DNA of 47,187 bases from Elusimicrobiota bacterium (GCA_043819795.1 JBDREN010000197.1:1-47187), one strand, 5' to 3'. Counted from the first letter of the stretch, positions 1-9,530 are shown. Numbers and translations: made by a program. Notes: a model not told the origin generated them from the letters alone.

Positions 1-71
1 ACGGGCCGCCGCGCGGCGGCCGTGGCGGCCGCGGCGGCGGGCCCCGCCGCGGCGAGAAATCCTACCGCTGA
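1..71 (+). CDS. 3' end of an upstream gene with a Gly/Arg-rich (RGG-like) C-terminal tail (partial)
   Basis: Frame from position 3 reads GPPRGGRGGRGGGPRRGEKSYR* with TGA at 69-71; identity of the gene cannot be determined. Confidence 0.4.
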   Translation, partial: GPPRGGRGGRGGGPRRGEKSYR

Positions 72-94
72 GGCGGAGGCCTTTCAAGCCTGGG

Positions 95-661
95 ATGGCC
101 AAGAGAAGGCCCCGGAAGAACTCCGCCCCCGCCCGGAAGCCCCGCGGGAAGTCCGCGCCTCAGTCTCGGCGGGACGGCCGCGGGGCCGATGGTCCGCTCG
201 ACGAGCTGAAGCGGCTCTACGAGTTCATGACGCACAACGGCCTGCAGGCCCTTGAGCTCGACAGGAAGGACTTCCATGTTCGCCTGGTCCGCCGGGCCAG
301 GGTCTCGGTCCCCGTGCCGGTCCCGGTGCCGGCAGTGCCTGCGGCCCCGGCCCCCGGCTTGGCAGCGGTCGGCGCGGCGACCGCCAGCGCCGCGCCGACG
401 CCGAGCCTGCCTGCCGGCGCGCTCGTGATCAAATCGCCGATGATGGGCGTGTTCTATCGGGCGTCGTCGCCGTCGAGCCCCCCCTTCGTGAAGGAAGGGG
501 CCGCGGTCGAGCCCGGGGACCTCATTGGCCTCATCGAGGCGATGAAGGTATTCAACGACGTCAAAGCCGAGGTCGCTGGCACGGTGACCCGCATCCTGAT
601 CGAGAACGGCAAGGCGGTCAAGGCCGGGCAGGACATGTTCTGGATCGAGCCCTCGCGATGA
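95..661 (+). CDS. accB: Acetyl-CoA carboxylase biotin carboxyl carrier protein
   Basis: SPMMGVFYRASSP motif, biotinylation motif EAMKVFN, Pro/Ala-rich linker. Confidence 0.93.
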   Translation: MAKRRPRKNSAPARKPRGKSAPQSRRDGRGADGPLDELKRLYEFMTHNGLQALELDRKDFHVRLVRRARVSVPVPVPVPAVPAAPAPGLAAVGAATASAAPTPSLPAGALVIKSPMMGVFYRASSPSSPPFVKEGAAVEPGDLIGLIEAMKVFNDVKAEVAGTVTRILIENGKAVKAGQDMFWIEPSR

Positions 662-972
662 GCGCCGACGACTTCCGGGGCCAGCTGGAGGAGACCGCCC
701 GCCGCGTCCTCGATTCGCTCGGCCAGGGCGCCCCGGACAAGCCGCGGGGCGGCAGGACCGCCTGGGACCTCAAGATGGAGCTCAAGGTCTCCCATACGGT
801 CCTGCACATGGCGCTCGGGATGCTCGTCGAGCGCGGAAGGGTCGTCCTCCGGCCCGACCAGCTCACCCACATCGTCGAGCCAGCCCCCCGCCCGCATGCC
901 GAAGCAGGGGAGGCGCGCGCCGAGGCGGAGCCGGCATCCCTGACGGAAACGTCCCCCCGCGCGGAGCGTTAG
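658..972 (+). CDS. Small winged helix-turn-helix protein (DUF2582-like)
   Basis: ETARRVLDSL...AWDLKMELKVSHTVLHMALGMLVERGRV resembles the DUF2582 pattern; ATGA overlap with accB. Confidence 0.55.
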   Translation: MSADDFRGQLEETARRVLDSLGQGAPDKPRGGRTAWDLKMELKVSHTVLHMALGMLVERGRVVLRPDQLTHIVEPAPRPHAEAGEARAEAEPASLTETSPRAER

Positions 973-3239
973 TGCCGGCGGTCAGCGTCTCATCCAAAAG
1001 AAAGAAGCGCCAGAAAGGGAACCCCGTGCTCGTCCGGGCGGCCCGCTGGCTGTTCGCGATCTTCTGCGCGGGTTTCCTGACCTGGTCTTTGTTCGTCCCC
1101 CAATCCGCGGGAGCCGTGGGCCGCTCGATCCACGGGGGTCTGCTCGGCGTCCTGGGAGGCGCCGCGTATCTTCTCCCGTTCGTCCTGGCCTACGGGCTGC
1201 TGTGGTACTACCGGACCGAGGATTGGAAAGGGCTCGTGACGATGTCTTTGGGCGCCGCGCTCTGCGTCCTTTCCGCCTCGCTCCTTCTCGGCACGGTAGG
1301 CCGTCCCGAATGGGGCGGGAGCATGGGCGCCGCGCTCGCCCGCTCGGGGCTGGCGGCGCTCGGGCGCATCGGGACGTTTTTCGTCTCCGTTGGGAGCGGG
1401 CTGCTGGGCCTGCAGATCCTCTTCGATATCCCCTGGAGCCGCATCGTCAAGCGGGTCGCGACCGTCCTCAGCGATGACTATCGAGGATGGCAGCGGGGGC
1501 GGCGCGAGCTCAAGTCTCTGATCGGAGATACCGCCCGAAAGCACCTCGGGAGGGACGTCGAGGGCCCGACGATCGCGCCGATCCCCTTGCCCGCGTCCCG
1601 GGGCGCGGCGCCTACCGTTGCCGCGCCTGAGCCCGCTCTCGCGCTGACGCCTCTTTTGATCGAAGCGGCCGACCGTCCGCCCGGCGCGGAGAAGGCCGAA
1701 CCCGCGCCGAGGAGAAAGCGGCCCGCGAAGGGGTCCGGGACGGACGCGCAGCCGGACGGCGCCTCATACCGGCCGCCGCCGCTGGACCTGCTCCGATCCA
1801 AGAGCTCGGGCACGTCGACGGGCCGGCCTTCCGACGCCGAGATCAGCGAGGCCGTGACCAACCTCGACCGTACCCTCCACAGCTTCGAGATAGACGCCCG
1901 GGTCACGGGCATCAGCCCGGGGCCCGTGATCACCCGCTACGAGGTCAGCCCCGGCCCCGGCGTGACGGTCAGCTCCATCGTCGCGCGCGCCGACGACATC
2001 GCGCTCTCGATGAAGGCCCGCGGCATCCGCATGATCGCCCCGATCCCGGGCAAGGCGGCGATCGGCATCGAGATCCCCAACCAACGGCCGGCCGCCGTCA
2101 CCCTGCGCGAGGTCCTGGAGTCGCCGGCCATGGCCGAGGAGACCGCGCCGCTGGCGTTCGCCCTCGGGCTGAGCTCAGACGGGACGCCCCTGGCGGCGGA
2201 CCTGCAGACCATGCCGCACGTCCTGGTCGCCGGCGCCACCAACAGCGGCAAGAGCGTGATGGTGCACTCTCTCATCGCCTCGATCCTCTTCAGGCGGCGC
2301 CCGGACGAGGTGAAGCTGCTTCTCATCGACCCGAAGCGTATCGAGCTCACCCTTTACGACGGCATCCCGCATCTCTACGACCCCACGACTCCGCCGGCGG
2401 ATGTCCGCGTCATCACCCAGGCGAAGCAGGCGGCCCGCTCGCTGAAGGCCCTGGTCCGCATCATGGAGGACCGCTACGAGAGGTTCCAGGCCTACCGCGC
2501 CCGCGACATCCAGCAGTTCAACCGGGAGGCGGCCAGGCGGGGGGAGCCGGGGGAGTTCTTCATCATCGTCGTCATGGACGAGCTCGCCGACCTGATGGTC
2601 GTGGCCCGCGACATCGTGGAGGACTCGGTCCAGCGCCTGGCCCAGATGGCGCGCGCCGTCGGAATCCATCTGGTCATCGCGACGCAGCGGCCCTCGGTGG
2701 ACGTCCTGACCGGCGTCATCAAGGCGAACCTGCCGTCCCGCATCGCGATGCGCGTGGCCTCGAAAGTCGACTCGAAGGTCGTCATCGACGGCAACGGCGC
2801 CGAGGCCCTGCTCGGGAAGGGCGACGCCCTCTACATCTCCCCCGGCCAGGAGCCCGCCCGCATCCAGGGAGCTTTCGTCTCCACGACCGAGATCGGCGCC
2901 CTCGTCGACTACCTGAAGGCCCAGTGCCGGCCCGACTATCCTCTGCTCGACACGATGGCGGGCGCGGCCGGCGAGGCCGACCTCAGCCAGTTCGGGGTGG
3001 AGCCGCTCGAGCTCAGCCAGGCGCTCAAGCTCGTCCTCGAGCGGCGCCGCGTGAGCCAGGACCTGCTGAAGTCCCAGTTCGGCTCCTCGGCGCGCGCGAC
3101 CAACCTTCTGAGCCTGCTGGAGATCAAGGGGTTCATCAACAAACCCGAGGGATCCAATCGCTGGCAGATCCAGTTCGATAAGATCGAGGACTACCTCAGC
3201 AAGCACTTCCCCCAGGTTCGCCTCGAAAATCGGGGTTAG
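972..3239 (+). CDS. ftsK: DNA translocase FtsK/SpoIIIE
   Basis: N-terminal TM segments, GPVITRYE and IPGKAAIGIEIPN alpha-domain motifs, Walker A GATNSGKS, LIDPK, DELADLM, ATQRPSVDV, C-terminal gamma-like domain. Confidence 0.96.
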   Translation: MPAVSVSSKRKKRQKGNPVLVRAARWLFAIFCAGFLTWSLFVPQSAGAVGRSIHGGLLGVLGGAAYLLPFVLAYGLLWYYRTEDWKGLVTMSLGAALCVLSASLLLGTVGRPEWGGSMGAALARSGLAALGRIGTFFVSVGSGLLGLQILFDIPWSRIVKRVATVLSDDYRGWQRGRRELKSLIGDTARKHLGRDVEGPTIAPIPLPASRGAAPTVAAPEPALALTPLLIEAADRPPGAEKAEPAPRRKRPAKGSGTDAQPDGASYRPPPLDLLRSKSSGTSTGRPSDAEISEAVTNLDRTLHSFEIDARVTGISPGPVITRYEVSPGPGVTVSSIVARADDIALSMKARGIRMIAPIPGKAAIGIEIPNQRPAAVTLREVLESPAMAEETAPLAFALGLSSDGTPLAADLQTMPHVLVAGATNSGKSVMVHSLIASILFRRRPDEVKLLLIDPKRIELTLYDGIPHLYDPTTPPADVRVITQAKQAARSLKALVRIMEDRYERFQAYRARDIQQFNREAARRGEPGEFFIIVVMDELADLMVVARDIVEDSVQRLAQMARAVGIHLVIATQRPSVDVLTGVIKANLPSRIAMRVASKVDSKVVIDGNGAEALLGKGDALYISPGQEPARIQGAFVSTTEIGALVDYLKAQCRPDYPLLDTMAGAAGEADLSQFGVEPLELSQALKLVLERRRVSQDLLKSQFGSSARATNLLSLLEIKGFINKPEGSNRWQIQFDKIEDYLSKHFPQVRLENRG

Positions 3240-3244
3240 CCCGC

Positions 3245-3282
3245 GCGACCGGAAATCCGGTCCGCGGATTTTCGGTCGCTAC
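3245..3282. repeat. REP-like palindrome (15-bp stem with one mismatch, GTAG foot on the minus strand)
   Basis: GCGACCGGAAATCCG-gtccg-CGGATTTTCGGTCGC followed by TAC; minus strand begins GTAGCGACC. Confidence 0.55.
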
Positions 3283-3306
3283 GAATCCCCCGCGGCTGCT
3301 ATTTAG

Positions 3307-3312
3307 TACAAT
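3307..3312 (+). promoter_or_regulatory. Candidate sigma70 -10 box (TACAAT) 6 nt before the lolA ATG
   Basis: ATTTAGTACAATAGACCTATG is an AT-rich patch in GC-rich DNA; no Shine-Dalgarno present. Confidence 0.5.
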
Positions 3313-3318
3313 AGACCT

Positions 3319-4143
3319 ATGCGTCGCCCCGTGCCGCCCGGGACCATCCCGCTTTGCTGCGCGCTCGCCGTCCTACTTCTCGCCCGGGCGCCGGCGGTCG
3401 CGGCCTCCGCGGCGGAGGAAAGCGCCACGCCGGCGCCTCCGGAAACGGGCGGGGCCGTCGCGGTCCCGGTCTCGACCTCCGCCTCGGCATCGGACTCCGC
3501 GGGGGCCTTCGTCTACGTGCCGAGCTCGACCGGTCCGCTGACCGTCGAAGACGTCCTCGCCCACTTCGAGACGTTCGACCGCGAGCTCAAGACCCTCACG
3601 GCCGTCTTCACTCAGTCTTTGACGATGACCGAGACCGGCATGACCTCGTCGATCGAAGGAAGCGTCGCCTACGGCAAGCCCTCCCGCCTGCGGATCGAGC
3701 ACGTGCGCCCCGAGCGGCAGACCGTGGTCTCCGACGGCAAGGATATCTGGATCCACCGCCACTCTCGGAGCCAGGTCATCCAGTCGGACATCGAGGACTG
3801 GAAGAAGGCCGACCCGACCCTCAACAACCTGATGCAGTTCGGAAACTACGCTAAGATGCTGCGGACCTACGACGTGTCGATCGACACCACGGGCGCCCAG
3901 CCGATCCTGCGCCTCGTCCCCAAAAAGCGGGATCCGGCCCAGGACCTCGAGCTGCGCCTGGCCCTCGAGCCCGAGACGCTCTTCCCGGAGCGGACCGAGC
4001 TGGCCGTGGGAGCGATCCGGGCGCGGACGAACCTCAGCCGCGTCGTATTCAACCCTCCGCTCGCCGAGGAGACCTTCCGGTTCTCCCCGCCGCCGGGCGT
4101 CGACGTTTTCCGGGATTTCAAACCGCCGCGGTTCGAGCCATGA
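3319..4143 (+). CDS. lolA: Outer-membrane lipoprotein carrier protein LolA-like
   Basis: Signal peptide; LTAVFTQ, KPSRLRIEH, VVSDGKDIW, FRFSPPPGVDV motifs; ftsK-lolA synteny. Confidence 0.85.
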   Translation: MRRPVPPGTIPLCCALAVLLLARAPAVAASAAEESATPAPPETGGAVAVPVSTSASASDSAGAFVYVPSSTGPLTVEDVLAHFETFDRELKTLTAVFTQSLTMTETGMTSSIEGSVAYGKPSRLRIEHVRPERQTVVSDGKDIWIHRHSRSQVIQSDIEDWKKADPTLNNLMQFGNYAKMLRTYDVSIDTTGAQPILRLVPKKRDPAQDLELRLALEPETLFPERTELAVGAIRARTNLSRVVFNPPLAEETFRFSPPPGVDVFRDFKPPRFEP

Positions 4144-4889
4144 GCGAGAGGATGGAGGAGGGCGCGCGCGATATCGGGGCCCTCTTGCGCAAGCGGCGTC
4201 TGCTGCGCGGCCAGAGCCTCGAGACAGTCCACCAGCACACTCGGATCCCGAAGAGGTTCATCGAGGCCATCGAGACGAACCGCTTCGACGACTTCCCCGC
4301 GCGCGTCTACCTGCGCGGCTTCCTCAAGAACTACTGCGATTACCTCGACATGGAGTTCGAGCCGCTCTGGAAACAGCTGGACCCCGCCCCCCGCGGCGAC
4401 GCCGCCCGGGAAGAATCCGGCGACGCCCCGGACGGACGGCAGAGCCGGGCCGCCTCCCACCCCCTGCTGCTGCCGTTCACGGAATCCACCCTGCTTCCGT
4501 TCGCGCTCTTCGCCGGTCTCGCCGTCGTCGGAACGCTGCTCTGGGCGCTGAAGGGAGGCGGGCCTTCGGCCACGTCCTCGAGTGCCCCGGCGCCGGGCAA
4601 TGCGGGGGAGAGCTACAAGCTGCCGCTCGAGACCCGCCCCGGCAAGCCCCGGATCGTCACTCTGCGCGTCACCGCCGTGCGCGACGGTTGGATCCGCCTC
4701 AAGGTCGACGGGGGCCTGCGCTTCGAGGGCCGCATGCCCGCGGGGACATCGCAGCAGTGGCGCGGAACGAAGGCATTCCTGCTGCGCGCGTCGGACCCGC
4801 GAGCCATACGCGTCGAGCTCGACGACACCGAGACCGACCTGGCGGCCCTCGTCCTCGAGCCCGACGGGTCCTACCTTCTGCGTCGATGA
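4140..4889 (+). CDS. rodZ: RodZ-like protein (HTH + TM + DUF4115)
   Basis: IGALLRKRR...TRIPKRFIEAIE...VYLRGFLKNYCDYL HTH, single TM helix, C-terminal WIRLKVDG...FEGRM. Confidence 0.85.
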   Translation: MSERMEEGARDIGALLRKRRLLRGQSLETVHQHTRIPKRFIEAIETNRFDDFPARVYLRGFLKNYCDYLDMEFEPLWKQLDPAPRGDAAREESGDAPDGRQSRAASHPLLLPFTESTLLPFALFAGLAVVGTLLWALKGGGPSATSSSAPAPGNAGESYKLPLETRPGKPRIVTLRVTAVRDGWIRLKVDGGLRFEGRMPAGTSQQWRGTKAFLLRASDPRAIRVELDDTETDLAALVLEPDGSYLLRR

Positions 4890-5479
4890 CCCTGGCCAAT
4901 AAGATCACTCTGGGCAGACTGGCTCTGGCCCTCGTCACCTTCGGCTGCCTGTGGGTCCAGCGTCCCGCGCTGTACGTCGCCGCCCTGGCGCTCTACCTGC
5001 TCGCGACCGCGACCGACTGGATCGATGGGTGGCTCGCGCGCCGGACCCATTCGGTCAGCCCCTTCGGGGCCATGGCGGACCCCGTCGCGGACAAGGTGCT
5101 CGTCATCGGGGCGCTGATCGCCTTCGTCCGCATCCCCCACCTGGACGTCCCCACATGGGCCGTGTTCCTGATCATCGTCCGGGAGCTGGTCATCACGGCT
5201 CTCCGCGCGCTGGCGGGCCTCCAGGGGCTGATGATCCCGGCCGATCGCGGCGGCAAGTTGAAGATGGCCATCCAGAGCGCGGCGGTCCTGATCATCCTGG
5301 GTATTCTCGTCGCGCGCGGCTACCGCTTGATTCCCGCCTGGACGTGGCTCGACGCGATCCCCTATTACCTGGTGGTGCTCAGCATGCTCGTGAGCGTCCT
5401 CAGCGGGATCCAGTACATCCGCAACGCGCGGCACGTCCTGCGGGCGACCTGGAACGCCCCGCGCAGGAAGCGCCGATGA
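4886..5479 (+). CDS. pgsA: CDP-diacylglycerol--glycerol-3-phosphate 3-phosphatidyltransferase
   Basis: Start MTLANKITLGR by ATGA overlap; CDP-alcohol phosphotransferase motif TDWIDGWLARR...FGAMADPVADK. Confidence 0.93.
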   Translation: MTLANKITLGRLALALVTFGCLWVQRPALYVAALALYLLATATDWIDGWLARRTHSVSPFGAMADPVADKVLVIGALIAFVRIPHLDVPTWAVFLIIVRELVITALRALAGLQGLMIPADRGGKLKMAIQSAAVLIILGILVARGYRLIPAWTWLDAIPYYLVVLSMLVSVLSGIQYIRNARHVLRATWNAPRRKRR

Positions 5480-5997
5480 GAGAGCGCGCGCTCCCCGTCA
5501 TCGACCGGTTCTGCGTCGCGGTTGCCACCGGGCTGTATTTAAGTTATATTCCGTTCTGGCTCTCGAAAACGACGCGGCTGGCCCGTCTGCGCCGGTGGAC
5601 GGGCGCCGGGCTGGTCGGAACGCTTCTGGGATGGGCCCTGCTCTACGCCCTTCCCGACGGCGGAACGGGCTTCGGATGGGCCCTATCGGCGGGGATCGTA
5701 GCGGCCTGCGTCGTCAGCGACCGGGCCGACAAGCGCTTCGGCTCGCACGACGACACGCGCATCATCGTCGACGAGACCGTGGGGTACTGGGCGGCCGTGG
5801 GATGGCTGCCCCGCGACCCTTGGCTGCTCGCCGCGGGATTCATCCTGTTCCGCGTGTTCGACGCCGGGAAGTTGCCGCCCTGCCGCTGGCTCGAGCGCCT
5901 TCCGGGAGGGATCGGCGTGGTGATGGACGATGTCGGCGCGGGCCTGGCGACCAACCTGGTCCTGCGCGGCGCGCTGTGGCTCCATCCGGGACTATGA
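5476..5997 (+). CDS. pgpA: Phosphatidylglycerophosphatase A
   Basis: HDDTRIIVDETVG, FILFRVFDAGK, GGIGVVMDDVGAG motifs; ATGA overlap with pgsA. Confidence 0.9.
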   Translation: MRERALPVIDRFCVAVATGLYLSYIPFWLSKTTRLARLRRWTGAGLVGTLLGWALLYALPDGGTGFGWALSAGIVAACVVSDRADKRFGSHDDTRIIVDETVGYWAAVGWLPRDPWLLAAGFILFRVFDAGKLPPCRWLERLPGGIGVVMDDVGAGLATNLVLRGALWLHPGL

Positions 5998-6572
5998 ACC
6001 TTCTTCGCGCACTGATACTCGTTGCGGCCTGCCTCTCCGGGCTATGGGCGACCGAGGCCGAGGCCGGGGCGTCCTTCACTCTGGCCCAGGTGGTCTTCCC
6101 GGATGAGTTCCCACCCACCGTCATCGACGAGACCCCGCCCGCGGGAACGCCTGAGCCCGGCCTCGCGACCCCGCCCGCGGGAACGCCCGCGCCAGTCGTC
6201 GCGACCCCGCCCGTCGTCTCGACGACTCCCCTCGGCGTCGAGCTGCCCATGGACCGCGGCCCCTGGGTCGTCGGAGAGGCGGTCTTCGTCGGCAATCAGA
6301 GCGTCAGCGACTACGCGCTGCGCGGCAATATACGCGCACGTCGCGGGACGTTGTACACCCCGTCGGACATCGAAAGCGACGTGGCCGAGCTCACCGCGAT
6401 GCCCGCGATCATCAGCGCGAAAGCCGCCCTCTACAGCATCCCGGACCAGCCGGTCCCCGGCAGCTATCGGACGATCGCCGTCTCGACGATGATGGTCCGC
6501 ATCGTCTACACGGTCGAGGAGAAGGCGATGTTCCTGCCGGGCTTGAGGCCCCGACGACCCCGACGGGGATGA
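5994..6572 (+). CDS. Secreted protein with Pro-rich linker and POTRA-like domain (possibly the 5' part of a frameshifted gene)
   Basis: Signal peptide MNLLRALILVAACLSGLWA; VFVGNQSVSDYALRGNIRARRGTLYTPSDIESDVAEL...IVYTVEEK has the POTRA pattern. Confidence 0.65.
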   Translation: MNLLRALILVAACLSGLWATEAEAGASFTLAQVVFPDEFPPTVIDETPPAGTPEPGLATPPAGTPAPVVATPPVVSTTPLGVELPMDRGPWVVGEAVFVGNQSVSDYALRGNIRARRGTLYTPSDIESDVAELTAMPAIISAKAALYSIPDQPVPGSYRTIAVSTMMVRIVYTVEEKAMFLPGLRPRRPRRG

Positions 6573-7339
6573 AACCGGCGCCCGGGACCCCCCTGAAGGC
6601 GCCACCGGTCAGCGTCAGCGGCGTGGTCATGACGCCGACGGCCTACCGGGGGATCGGCCAGTACAACCGTCCCGGCCTCGGCCTCGACATCAACGCCGTC
6701 TATTTCATCGGGCGCCTCTACGGGAAGAACTCTCTGAGCGTCAATAAGACGAACTTCATCGACCGCATCGGCCAGTGGTACCTCAGCGCCGACGGGAAGA
6801 TGCAGATCCAGTCGGAGGCGACCTGGCGCCCCGCGGCCGCCGTGGGCGTTCGGGGCATCTTCACCTTCCGCGACGCTCCGCAGCCGTCGCTGTCGCAGCC
6901 GGGAGTGTCGGTCACGGTCACGGGGGACACGACGCGGACGCTCGCGGACAGCTATTTCGTCCTCTCCAAGAACATCCATGGACTGCGCACGAGCTTCGGG
7001 TACGCCTACGGCAACGCCGGAGAGCGCATCGCCCAGCTCACCGAGTTCCTGACGCCGCAGGCGCTGCTCTTCGCCGGCCACCCGAACCAGGAGGCGACGT
7101 CGAAGGATGTGGTCTTCGCCAGCCTCATGCTCCTGCCCAAGCCGGACCTCCCGCTCGCCGTGGAGTTCATCAAGCCCAACGGGATGGCTCTGCAGCCCGT
7201 CCTCCTGAACCTGAAACTCGGCTATTTCCTGAAGCTGAACTTCGACCTGGCCTATCTCAAGTTCCAGGGCGGGTGGGACCTCCTCGGCATGTTCCAGTTC
7301 CGCTACACCCACTTCCCCCCGCACCATCCCCCGAGATAA
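6569..7339 (+). CDS. Putative outer-membrane beta-barrel-like protein (possibly the 3' part of a frameshifted gene)
   Basis: Alternating hydrophobic/aromatic beta segments ending FQFRYTHF; no signal peptide of its own. Confidence 0.5.
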   Translation: MKPAPGTPLKAPPVSVSGVVMTPTAYRGIGQYNRPGLGLDINAVYFIGRLYGKNSLSVNKTNFIDRIGQWYLSADGKMQIQSEATWRPAAAVGVRGIFTFRDAPQPSLSQPGVSVTVTGDTTRTLADSYFVLSKNIHGLRTSFGYAYGNAGERIAQLTEFLTPQALLFAGHPNQEATSKDVVFASLMLLPKPDLPLAVEFIKPNGMALQPVLLNLKLGYFLKLNFDLAYLKFQGGWDLLGMFQFRYTHFPPHHPPR

Positions 7340-7358
7340 GGCGAAGTAAGGCTTCCGA

Positions 7359-9530
7359 TCACCGCCGTCCGGCGAGCCGGGCGCGGGCGACGCCGATGTA
7401 TTTTTTGGCGTCGCGGTTGTCCGGGTCGATGCGCAACGCCGCTTCCAGCTCGCGCACGACCTTCGGCCAATCCTGGCTCCAGTGCAGCACGGCGATGTTG
7501 TAGTGGGCGCGCGCGTAGCGGGGATTGGCGACGAGGGCCTTGCGATACATCGCCTCGGCCTCGCGCCTCTTCCCCATCTTCTCGTGTACCACGCCGAGGT
7601 TCAGGCTCGCGTCCGCGGCCGCCAGCGCGACGCTCTCCTTCACGTCCGGCAGGGAATGGTACTCCCGCGTGAGCCGAAGGGTCTCGTCGTAGAGACCGTC
7701 GGCCAAGGCGTACGCGTCGGCCGCCTTCTCCAGAGCCCCTTCGCGAAAGTACAGATAGCCCAGGTACGCGGCCGTCTCGGGCAGGCGCCGTTTCATGCTC
7801 CAGGCCCCCAGCAGATGGCCGCGCGCGGCCTCGACCTTATCCTCCTCGAGGAGGTGGGCGGCCAGACGCTGGCGCGCGACCGCGTTGGCCTCGACGAGAT
7901 CGGCCGTGAAGAAGTCGGAACGCCGCTCATAGCGGTAGTCGCCCCGGCGCACGATAAACTCCCATGCCGCCCCGGAGGCGGGGGCCTTGGCCCCGTCTTG
8001 GGCGCCGAAGGGCGTCACCAGCCCCCGCGGCGGGCCGGGACGGATCCCGGAGGGGATCGCCACGTCCGTCGTGACATAGACCGGGCGGCCGTTCTCCTCG
8101 AGAAAGCGCCGCCAATCCTCCCCGCTGCGGAGGAGGCCCAGCCGAAGCGGGCTGTCCGCGCGCCGTTGGGAGGCCCGGTACCAGGCGCTGTGCGCGATCC
8201 CCTGGGCGACCAGCCTGAGGTCCGAGCGCTTCCTCTCGACGCGGTGATAGTACCACAGGCTGAATATCTGGACGTCTTTCTTGGCCACGAGCACCGCGCC
8301 CATCGGGGTGGAGCGCAGGACGTTGCTCGCGTAATCGTAGCCGACCAGGTTCCACCTCCGGTCCATCTCGGCGAAACGGCCCGAGATCAGCGGATGCAGC
8401 GCGCAGAGCGCGGCCAAAACGGCCCCCACGGCGCCGGGCCGGTATCCTACGGCGCCCTCGGCTCCCCGCCATCGGCACAAGGCGGCGGCTCCTCGGGCCG
8501 CCCACACGGCGAGGACGAGGTCGGAAAGCAGGTAGTGCGGCTCGACGATCGCCATCGCGTGCGGGTTCGGCGGGAGGTTCGCCAGATAGAGGAAGAGGGG
8601 GCCGCTCGCGCCGTAGAGGAGCGTCGTCCCAACAAAATCACGGCGGTCGGACCGGTAGGAGACCGCGAGCCCCGTCCCCGCGAGAGCCAGTCCCGCGAGC
8701 CCCAGGTAGCCCCAGAGGTGCCCGGCGTACACCTTCAGGTTCGGGAGCAGCATCGCGCCCGAAGGGTAGTTCTTCGATAACAGGTCCAGAGTCCCGCCGT
8801 AGCCGCGACGGGTCAGCGAGCCGATGAAGTTGCCCAACTCCGCCGGATGGTTCCAGTCGAGCCAAGGGCCCTGCAGGGAGCGCAGCGGGAGATAGAGATA
8901 GACGCTCAGGCCCAGGGCCGTCCAAGCCAGGGTCTTCGCCGCGAAGCGGAACCGCTCAGCCCCGGAAGAGGCCCGAAAGGCGGCTGGCAACGCGAGCGCG
9001 ACCAATCCCGGAGCCCAAAGCAGCAGGTCGGTCCGGTTCCCCAGGAAGACCCCGTAGAGGAAAGCGGCCGCGAACCAGAGGCGGGCTATGAAACGAGCCC
9101 TCAGACGCGTCGCCAGGGCCCAGAGGAAGGCGGCCAGCAACAGCGTCAGGCTGTACATCTCCTGGACGCCCGCCACGTTCCAGTACGTCGCGTTGGAGCC
9201 CAGGAGCAGGACCAGGACGGCGGCCGGCCAGGCGCCGTATCGCGCGCCGACCACGGCGAACAGAAGCGCGAGAGCGCCCGCCGAAGCCGAGGCCGACACC
9301 AAGGCCAGGCGGTAGGCGGGCGTGCCGAGAGGAAGGGCGTCGGCCAGACGACCCGCCATGACGTAGAGCGGATAGCTCGGCGGGTGCGCCACCCCCAGGG
9401 TGTGGGCCCCTACCCCCATCTCGCCGGCGTCCCGGTAGGGAGCGAGCGTGGGGGGCATCGTCCATAGATACAGCGCGAAGAAGACGAAGAACACCGCCGA
9501 GGCCAGGACCGCCGCCAGCGGCCTGCTCAT
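7359..9530 (-). CDS. DUF2723 / TMEM260-like membrane glycosyltransferase with C-terminal TPRs
   Basis: Start MSRPLAAV at 9530 by ATGA overlap; DAGEM...LGVAHPPSYPLY, YLYLPLRS, LDWNHP motifs; C-terminal TPR helices. Confidence 0.85.
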   Translation of the reverse strand: MSRPLAAVLASAVFFVFFALYLWTMPPTLAPYRDAGEMGVGAHTLGVAHPPSYPLYVMAGRLADALPLGTPAYRLALVSASASAGALALLFAVVGARYGAWPAAVLVLLLGSNATYWNVAGVQEMYSLTLLLAAFLWALATRLRARFIARLWFAAAFLYGVFLGNRTDLLLWAPGLVALALPAAFRASSGAERFRFAAKTLAWTALGLSVYLYLPLRSLQGPWLDWNHPAELGNFIGSLTRRGYGGTLDLLSKNYPSGAMLLPNLKVYAGHLWGYLGLAGLALAGTGLAVSYRSDRRDFVGTTLLYGASGPLFLYLANLPPNPHAMAIVEPHYLLSDLVLAVWAARGAAALCRWRGAEGAVGYRPGAVGAVLAALCALHPLISGRFAEMDRRWNLVGYDYASNVLRSTPMGAVLVAKKDVQIFSLWYYHRVERKRSDLRLVAQGIAHSAWYRASQRRADSPLRLGLLRSGEDWRRFLEENGRPVYVTTDVAIPSGIRPGPPRGLVTPFGAQDGAKAPASGAAWEFIVRRGDYRYERRSDFFTADLVEANAVARQRLAAHLLEEDKVEAARGHLLGAWSMKRRLPETAAYLGYLYFREGALEKAADAYALADGLYDETLRLTREYHSLPDVKESVALAAADASLNLGVVHEKMGKRREAEAMYRKALVANPRYARAHYNIAVLHWSQDWPKVVRELEAALRIDPDNRDAKKYIGVARARLAGRR

